Positions 39,875 through 50,000 of a stretch of DNA of 64,000 bases are shown here, piece by piece. Each line of letters opens with the position of its first letter. Position 1 is the stretch's first letter. A model generated the notes under the pieces. That model did no database searches. It was not told the DNA's origin and saw nothing but the letters and a program-made list of their open reading frames with translations. Source of the DNA: an uncultured Christensenella sp. (GTDB lineage: Bacteria; Bacillota; Clostridia; Christensenellales; UBA1242); contig CASFFG010000003.1 in NCBI GenBank assembly GCA_949293905.1, positions 13,494-77,493 on the forward strand. Reading direction: 5' to 3'. The translations under genes were made by a program, and so were the position numbers.

Positions 39875-40663
39875 ATGGAAGATAATAAGATAAATTTTAA
39901 GAAAAGTTTAGGTCAAAATTTTATATTCGATAAAAATCTTTTAAACGCAATAGTTGAAGATGCGGGTGTTAGAAGTGAAGATACCGTGCTTGAAATAGGT
40001 GCAGGCGCAGGAACTCTCACTCGTGCACTTGGGGGAAAAGCAAAACGGGTTATATCATTTGAAATTGATGAGAGTCTAAAAGTACATTTAGATGAAGTTA
40101 AACGCGACTACCCTAATGTCGAATTTAGGTTTTTAGATTTTATGAAAGTGGACATTGACTCACTAGATTTTATTAAAGCAAAAGTGGTCGCAAATATTCC
40201 TTACTATATAACCACGCCTATCGTATTTAAACTTGTGGATAGGATAGAAAAGTTTGATACGATAACTGTGCTTGTCCAAAAGGAAGTTGCAGAGAGATTC
40301 GCGTCAAAATGTGGGAGTAAGGAATACGGGATTACATCGGTTATTTTGCAATCAATATTTGATGTGTCCATTCCTCGAACTGTGAAAAAGGAATGCTTTA
40401 CTCCGTCGCCGAAAGTGGATAGTGCACTTTGTAAATTAGTACCTCATAATAAGTATGTCATTAGTAATTTTGAAGAGTTTAAAAATTTTGTACATTTGTC
40501 ATTTTCCATGCGCAGAAAGACGCTTCTTAATAATCTAAAGAAAAAATATGAAAGGGAAAAAATTATCACCACACTTAAAAATTTTAATTATACCGAATTG
40601 ACACGCCCAGAAGAAATAAATGTTGAAAATTTTATAAAAATATTTGAAATGCTGGACAATTAA
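39875..40663 (+). CDS. rsmA: 16S rRNA (adenine1518/1519-N6)-dimethyltransferase
   Basis: 262 aa with KKSLGQNFIFD and the SAM motif LEIGAGAGTLT. Confidence 0.93.
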   Translation: MEDNKINFKKSLGQNFIFDKNLLNAIVEDAGVRSEDTVLEIGAGAGTLTRALGGKAKRVISFEIDESLKVHLDEVKRDYPNVEFRFLDFMKVDIDSLDFIKAKVVANIPYYITTPIVFKLVDRIEKFDTITVLVQKEVAERFASKCGSKEYGITSVILQSIFDVSIPRTVKKECFTPSPKVDSALCKLVPHNKYVISNFEEFKNFVHLSFSMRRKTLLNNLKKKYEREKIITTLKNFNYTELTRPEEINVENFIKIFEMLDN

Positions 40664-40934
40664 TTAAATTTAGATTTCGAATCATTAAATAAATTAAAGT
40701 GAAAAATAATAAAAAATTTTAAAAATTATCGAAAAAACATTAAAAATAATAAAAATTTCGATAATTTTTTATTTTTTTGTAAAATTATTGATGATTTATT
40801 TAAAAATTAAAAAGTGTATTATTTTCCTCATTAATAATATTTTTGCTATAACTAAATTTTTAAAATGCCAATTTTTTATGTAAAAATTATAAATTAAATA
40901 ATCGAATTAGTGAAAATATTGTCGACTTTTTTAT

Positions 40935-40963
40935 TTGACATGCTCGCGCTTAAAATATATAAT
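40935..40963 (+). promoter_or_regulatory. Sigma-A promoter of the giant protein gene
   Basis: TTGACA (40935-40940), 17 nt spacer, TATAAT (40958-40963). Confidence 0.7.
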
Positions 40964-41057
40964 ATTTTTAGATAATTTGTAATTTAGTGTAGTATGTTTT
41001 TCAAATTTGGCGAATAATAAAATAAACTACATTAGAAAAAGTATTTAGGTAGGGGAC

Positions 41058-44000
41058 ATGGCAAAGAGAATCTTTAAGATAATAGCAATAGTGCTAGCAT
41101 GTGCTACTGGCGTCGTTGGTATAACGGTCGGTGTGTTAGCGCTTCAAGGAAAGTTTAGGACTCCGGTAGTATATCCGGCTAGTCTTTCGTTTAGCATGGA
41201 AAAGACTATGATTGTTGACGACTATGACGACGAAGTATTTTCGATTGTCTTGAACTCACAGTCTAATCAGGAGCATGCGGTAAATCAACGGACATGTTAT
41301 ATTCGTTTCATTCGGGGTGAAGATTTAATTACTCTCTGCGATATGGACGGGAATCCTATTTATTCTGTTGGTGAAGATGGGGAAGAGCCAACATTAAGCG
41401 AACCTACGAATGGTTGGCATGAAGTACTTTGCGACTCTCCAATCTATTTTACACTCAACGATGTAGACGAAAGTGATTTTAACACAGAATATAATGGACA
41501 AGTAACGCTAGTTGCACGCGATGAGCGAAACATGGTGGACACGGAAGAATATACTTTCACGATTGATAGAAAGGTAAATTCAATTCGTCTAGATGCCGAT
41601 GATTCAATAATAGATAGCGACGCATCTATACCAGAGCAAGATTTGACACTTGGTTTATCCAATCGTCAAGACTTGACATTTGTTACTTCCCCAGACTATT
41701 CACTTAGCCCAATAAGCGGGGTGGATTCTAAGATAGTAGAACTCTATTATCTCGACCCCGAAGTTAGAAATGACCTAGTTCGAATTGATGAAACCAGTGT
41801 TGAAGAATATGATTTCTTACATATAGACCAGGATACAAATCAAATGTATTTTGAGACAACTGACGCAGGTGTATATGAATTTAGAGTGGCAGTTTTCCCA
41901 ACTTACGAGGCGAGAGTGCAGTACGAAGCCGACCCAGAAAATGAAGGTGCACTGAATTCTTCGCGCGTAAATAAAATGATTAGTACTATCCTAACTATCA
42001 ATGTAGTCAATTCTCAAGTTACTGGCGTGGATATAATTGATTCGGGTATTGTGCTTAATTTGTACGAGCACAATAACTACCTATTATTAAATAGCACAAG
42101 TTCAAGTGCGGACGCAAACTATAACAATCTTAACCTTACTTTCTCTCCAAGCAATAATGAAACAGCAATTAGATATAATGAAGTTGATTTCGCGCTAACT
42201 GATAGTACGGCATGGCGAAATAACAATATAGTGTTCACATCTAGTTCGGGGGCAACTATTACTTTTGCTACCAATATAACAGTGAGTGGAGTATATGCAA
42301 GTGATGTCGTTTTCGATGACTATACTATAAACGGAAATATTTTAACCTTAACAAGTTACAATACAGAGTTAGACCCAACGGTAGTTCCAACCATGACTAT
42401 AAACTTTGGGGATATAATTGTTAGGGAGAATGCAAACGGTTCGATTATTGAAAAGAGAGTTATAACGAGCATAGATTTAACTCTAAATTCAGGCACAACA
42501 GACGCACAGTTCTACTCGTTTAACGCTTCAAATGGACTGGCTTTTGTGCGCTCGGTTACGAATACACAAGGCGGTACGGACGCTGGAAATGTAACAACGA
42601 CCGATTTGACACTCCTTTTAACCGGAACATATTTAGATTTCTACATATATAACTCGGATACTTTCACACGCGCGACTGATTTAGATTATGAAGTTATTGT
42701 TTCTGGTACTGGCAAAGAAAAGTGCTTTAATGTAATAATTAAAAATCAACTCGAACTAATTGAAAATACATCTCTAGTTTTAGGGGCTCTAGTTGTAAAT
42801 AGTTCGGGCGGAGAAATCATGTTTGATACGACTGCCGTTACAATTCAAACGGTCGCATTGTCATACGACTATCAAGACGGTAGTAGGGCATATGATTTAA
42901 ATGTCACCTATCAACAATCCGGCGGTAACTATATTGCTCAATATGGTGAATTGGAATTAAATGATTTAATTAGAGTTAACGGCGGTACATATAACACTAT
43001 ACTGATGCTCACGACTGAAGAATATCGTGGAGAAGTCGATACTATCGCAGGACTAAATTTCACAGATAGCGAAGGCACTAATTATTATGTAATAGGTTAT
43101 TTTGATGCAAATAATGTATTCGTTAATAATGTGCGTGCACGCGAGGGCGCAAAAAATATCGGCGCAAAGATATACCTAGTTCAACTTAGAAATTCGTATG
43201 GCGAGAGCGCTAGCGACGTTGTTGATAGATTGTTTGAAGATTATGCTCCAAACGAGACGGAAGGAGATGGGACAATCTCTATTCCATTGACCGATTCAGT
43301 TGTTGTGTCGACTTGGATTTCAAACGAAGATGCTATCACTATAAATGTAAATTATGAACTAGTAAAAGAGACATTGTCTTTCAACTATCTTGAAGACGGA
43401 AACGATTATCTTTCCTATAATCAAGACGGCTCAGTTAACATCGTAGAGGGTATGAGTGGTACACTTGAAATATCTTCTCCTGTACCAGATATGCTTAGCA
43501 ATATCTATAACGCAGTTAACAATGCAAACCCAGATGCGTTTAGAGAGAATAATGTAGCATTCTATTTGTTTACTGGAAATAACAATTATGATACCAATAC
43601 ATCAGTTATCACTATCACAAATGTAACTTTAACGGGTGGGACAACTGAAAATCCACCGGTAGAAGATGGCGATGAAAATACAGGCACAGACGGAGACAAC
43701 ACCAATTTAGAAAATGCAAAACTATTAGTTACATTCAGTGCAAACGAAAGTAGTCTTAGCAGTGGCGTATACTTATGCTTCGTATTAAAATATGGCGGAG
43801 AAGAGATAATTTCAACGACACGCATGTACATCACTGACACTGAGTCCACCGATATTTACCTAAACCAGACTGTTCAAGGCTCATCAGGTAGTACGACGCA
43901 AGAATATTCGCTCGCTCAAACCGCGGGAGAAGCGGAAACTGGTTCGTATCCTTATCTTGAAGTTCTAATTTCGTCATATACCGAGCAAGACGGTTATCAA

Positions 44001-47000
44001 TATACATTAACGATAAAAGATGCAAGCGGTAATGCGATATTTACGTCTACTGAAAGCATTTTCACTCAATCGGTTACTGGAAAGACGGAAAATGGCTTTG
44101 TCGTGGCACCTGCAATAACAGGGGTGAATCATAATCTATCGTATTCAAGCACGAATGAGGATATATTCTCTTATGATTTTGAAAGTGGAACGTGCCTTGT
44201 TTGCAATCTTCCTAACGCGAATGAAAATGTTGCCTTAGAGATTAGTTCGGGGAATATCCAGCGCTATCTTAAAGTTGTAATAGTCGTTAATGATGGCGAA
44301 AATGGATTTAATTTTGATATCCCAGAACAAAACACCCAGTTAGATGTTTCTGCGCCACTCAGTGATTATGCCGATTATACATATAATGGTATATCTATTC
44401 CATTAAATGCACAATATGTTGGGTTAAGTAATGTGAATAGAGTTTCGTTTGGATTGGCGTTAGAATTAACTACCATTCAGGACGAAGCCGACCCTAATAC
44501 GATTTATTTAAGGACATCAAACGGTGATAATGTACTAACAATCACCAACGACGCTGAAAATGGTTGGACATTCACAAGAGATGTAAACTATCTATATACT
44601 TCGCTCACTATTGAGTTTGATTTAAAGGTTTCTACTGAGAGCAGTTCTAGAAGAGTTAGATTATCCTTCACTTCGAGTATAACGATAGATGTAAATCCGC
44701 TATGGACAGAAATTTATGCGGGTACTAGCGTTTTACTTTATGAAGAAAGGTCTAGTTCGATTGAATCTTTCCAAAATCAAGCATATTTCAATATCACCAA
44801 TACGACTGGAGATACCAATGTAGTAGTTAATGTGACAGGTGATGTTAATGTTAACGATACTGGAACATATACATCATATGTATTTAATGATGTAGGAACA
44901 TATACTATCGAGTTTGTGTATAATGGTGGGGTTATTGCTTCCGTTCCGCTTGAAGTCCTACCTAACTATATAATTAGCGAAGTTGAAACCGAACTAGAAA
45001 GTGATACAGAATACGACCTAAGCGAAATTATCTCGGTTCAAGAATATAAAACCACTAGCACTATAATATATGGTTACAGTAAAGATGTATCTAACAATAT
45101 TATAATGTATTCTAGCGACTACCTTGAATCAATTACTGATGACGAATTAATAGAGAAATTGTCGAATTTAGTTATAGAACCGACTACAAATACTTCATTA
45201 TTAACTCAAACAGGTTCGACATTAAAAACAGGCTGGATAGAAAGTCTAAATGACGGCGATAATGAAGCACTAGTTAATGTTAATATTCAATATGTAGATG
45301 GTAGAATTGGGACTAATGTATATATAACTCTGCACGAAATGACTTTAACTATAAGAAATAAGTATGCTATTTCTGGCGGGTTATTTGGACCATTAAAAAC
45401 TCATACCGCTGTTCCTAATGAAATCTCGGTAGACGGTTTTACACTGTCATCTATAACTACTAATAAAGATCTAACTTTAGAATTTTCTAATGCTTCGAAC
45501 TTTGTAATATCGACATACTTATCTAATACGATAGAAGATGTGATTTTCACATATACATTTGTAGACGGGGAAGGTCGGGAATTAACATATTCTACAAATC
45601 CTATCATAGTTAATCCATATACGCCTACTCTAATTGACCCATCAAATATAGCGTACTCAAATTCTTCATACGACTTGATTGAAGATGTTTTCGAAAATGT
45701 GTTTAATTATAGCGGTGGCGATCCAACGCTAGAAGTAGAAGCACAGATATTTGCAGAAAATGTTACCAGTTTTGTTATCCAAAGCGTTAATAATCCAGGT
45801 ATTATAACGAATTACGATGAAATTTTAGGTGCAGGATATTTCGCTAGTAGCGCTAATTATTCAGCAGAAGCGCTATTCAATTCATTTACTAGAGATACTG
45901 ATACAATTACGATAACTTATCGTATAACCTATATAGATGGCACATTCTATGATTACGAATATACACTTGAAATAATTAATCGTATTGACCCAGTAGTTCA
46001 GTATCCGTTTATGGATAACTTGCTTGTAAATAATGTAAGTTTCAATTTCTTAAACAATGAAGATGCTAATATTCTCGGTGCAAATAATGGAGTGTTAACT
46101 AGCACAGATAGTGTGCAGTACTATTTTGAGCCGGTAAGTTTGGGGCAGACTATTAATTTTGAAACGGACGAAAATTTAGGTGTAGAGAGAGTTAATTTAA
46201 TTGACAAAAATCCTTTATCAGTGGTTGATTGTGAATTAGATTACGATATTAGCCTAGTTGCATATCAAAGTAACCCTGCTGGATTAAGGTATTATTCATA
46301 TATAGATGTAGACAATGTAAATAAGGAAGTCTATTTTGATAGTTCTACAACGGTTATCGATAATGGTGCTTCTGCGTACTTTATTTTCAAAATCGTTACC
46401 ACTACAGGTTCGTATGACTACTATATTGTATATTTGTATAATCAGCGCGGAACAAACTTTGTAAATGTAAATAAATCTACAATTATAAAGCAAGCGAATG
46501 TTGCAACTGACGACAATGTACTAGACGAAACTAATAATACATTATTCGGTATAGAAATAAATTCAACATTATTGGCAGAGTTTAATATCTCAAGCACCAG
46601 TATAAGACTAGAAGACTTGGATTTCTATATCTTGGACGCAACTGACACTGCAGGAAAGGATTGTATTAATCTCTTGTATAATCAAATCGATGATGACGAA
46701 CAAGAAGTTATTAGATATGCATTGATAAACGACGCAAAACTAAAAGATGTAACTAATTTCACCACCTTTAAGGTTGCTGTGGTATATAGCGGAAGTTCGT
46801 ATGTTTATTTAGGTAACATAGATTTTGTTGTAGCGACAGATATTCTATCTATCAAAGCGGGTGGAGCAGACATTACTTTAGACGGAGAGATTGAACCTTA
46901 TAAAGCAGAGTTAGTTACGGAAATTGATGGTATTGATAACGGAAATTATAATGTAACGATACCTAATAATTCCTCGCTTATTACTAATCCTTTTGAAATA

Positions 47001-50000
47001 ATGTCTGGGGATTATACACTAAATGCAACGATTAGTTCAATCTATGAGGATAGTAGATTTTATATTAGCGAAGATAACTTATCTATATACTTAGCCGGCA
47101 CTAGCACTGACCCAATTCTATCGGTTGATTCTAGTTCGGGAAATGTAGAAATATTCAAACAAGTTTTAAATTCTTCTCTAGAATTTTCTATAAGATATGA
47201 ATATAGGAATAATGCAGATAATAACCAGGTAATAGTGGCAAATGTAACTTATAGTTATAGCCCTATATCCTTGAATACAGATGAAATATCAGTTTCTGTA
47301 GGCAATTTTGAAGCTAATGCATTCGTAGATACATATAAATTAACTGATATTTTCGGCAACTATAGGGGAGAAGTTGAAATCTATGTAGGCGAAGAACATA
47401 CAACTTATAACTATTTAGGCGTTTTAGAAGAAAGTGAAGATGACTATAACTATTCAGCAAATATTGGTGATAGCATAGTATCATTTGTCATGATTGATGG
47501 AGAACCGTACTTAAAGTTCAACCTAACTCATGTAAGTCAAACTGTGATTATAAGATTAGAGTTTAACGATATCGCGGGTATTAATGTTGTTAAGACTATC
47601 ACAGCGAATGTAGGCATGGGACTATATTATTCTACAAATCCGTACACATCTAGTGTGACTGCTTATAGAGCAGACAAGGTGATTACCGAAGCAGATGGAA
47701 CGATTTATGATTCAGGATATGGTTCAACTGCAAAATTTGAAATTTTAGATAGTGATACTACAGGTTCTAACTATGTGACATACAATCTAGGCGGAGCAAA
47801 TGGATTTACTATCTACATTTACGATAATGCGGGCACTACAAATACAACTAAACTCGAATTAAATTTCAGTGATTCTAGTTATGTGGTAAATACTGCAAAG
47901 ACAGGGGAAGGAAACCTTTCAATCACAGACGCTAATAGCGAAATTCAGTTCACCCATTCCGCAAGTGACAAAACCGACTTTATAGTAAACATTGAAATTC
48001 AACTTAATGACCAGTATTTCACTACTACAAACGCAACTGGCGCGCATCTATCTATTCCAGTATACGTTTTAATTCCGCAAACTTATTCGGGAATACGCGC
48101 CGTGTATGAGACTAAGAATTCTAGTTATGAAGTTGTACAATCAAACACTAGTCAAGACATAAATATGTTTAATACTGCAGATGCAGATACAAGCGTATTT
48201 AATAGACATAAATTAGCGATAGTTCCTATAAGCAGTGTTGGCGTAACTAATGCAGAATTGGTTTACGATTATGACCCAGCGGTAGTAGGGTTTAATGTCG
48301 AAGGAAATCCAAACTATTTAGAGTATTCGCGCGGTGAGAACACTACGATAACTGAAAATGTCATATCTTTTGATAGAGTAGATACAAATACTCCGGCATC
48401 AATCTATATCACTAACGAGACTATGGAAGCAGGCACAGGTGCCATTGCATACGAGTATATGATTTTACCTAGTGATACAAGCGATAGGTTGACTCCAAAT
48501 CAAGAGTTATCTAGTGGTATAACAACAACCTCATCAGGTGACAAAAATTATATTGTAGCATTAATTAGCGATAGTGACATTGAGACACAATATCAAACTA
48601 GAATACAGTTTGGTTCGATTGCTGACCTATCGAATTTGATATATGCTACCAGCGTTGGATACTACACAGTGGATAGCGATGGTACTTCGTCATCTAACAC
48701 GAATTATTCTGGATATACGAATAATGCGGGAGAAGAAGTTATCATCACAATAGGTGGAATAAGTGTAACTATCACTATTGGAGATAGCGGAGAGTTATTC
48801 TTTACCTTAACACGAACACGTTTGGGCGCACTATTTAATGTACTATATCTTGATTTGACACTATACGGGAACGACTTAATTTGCGAGAACTATCGATTTA
48901 TGTTCTATAACTACTCATTAAGTCCTACTAATAATGAAAATTATCCTGTCAATGCGGGAACTCAAATAGTATTAGAACAAGTAGTACGTATGAATTCAAA
49001 CGCAGGCGGTAGTCCACTAACCATGACTGATGCAAGATTGGATTATAATAATTCTTACTATATGCTTGATGGTGAGCGTAAGACTATCAATAGCGAAATT
49101 AACGAATTATTCTCGTATACAACTATCGATACAACAACTCCAAGTACTACAACACATAGAGTTGAGTTTAATCCGGTAGCCGATAATGTAACATCACACA
49201 TAGAATTTGCTGTTGATAGTACGATAGATGGTGTAACATACACTGTGGGTTCGGTAGTATTTAATTGGAGAATTTTACCAAATCATCAGTTTGTAATTAA
49301 TGGTGAAACTATTAATAATGCTAGCGATAATTTCGACACTAACTACATTCTAACCATGGATAATTTGGATACTAAAAATGTCGACGGTGACGATGTCAAA
49401 GTATTCCCGTACACTACAGGGATAGAGTATACTAATTATGCAGAACCGGACCGCATCTACAATTATGGAGACCAATCATACTATAAATATTTAAACTTCT
49501 CAGTTCAAACTATGGACCACGGCTTATCCGTTCCATTGGCAGATGCTGATTTGGAATTTATAATAGTCAACGCAGATGACTTTGGATATGTTACGATTGA
49601 TGGAGTAGATTTACCGGCTGTAGAAATTGTCAAAGGCACAGACGATGTTTATAGATTAATAATTAGGCGCGATATTACCGCCGACTTGCAAATAGAAGTA
49701 ACGGCTAGGTTTATTCATATAGGTGAATACACGCGTACTTGGTTATTACATGTTCAGGGCTTTGCTGATTTCGATTATGTCTACACTACTTCCAATACGA
49801 TTCTTCCAACACAAGGCGAAAACTTTATTAGCGGAAGCACGGTTAAACCTATTAGTACAACTGGTGATACTAGCAGTACTGGTGTAACAGTAGGGAAGCC
49901 AGGTTTAAACAACTTCACTTTTGATATTTCAGTTAATTATGTTGATATAACTAATGCAAATGTAGTTGAAGATGTTGAATCGCTATATAATAATGCGGAA

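Noticed and set aside
40721-40769. A 14 bp inverted repeat, aaaaattatcgaaa ... tttcgataattttt, after rsmA, considered as its terminator.
   Set aside because: The stem is almost entirely A-T with a 21 nt loop, so its stability is doubtful. It might still contribute to termination, but I did not list it as a feature.
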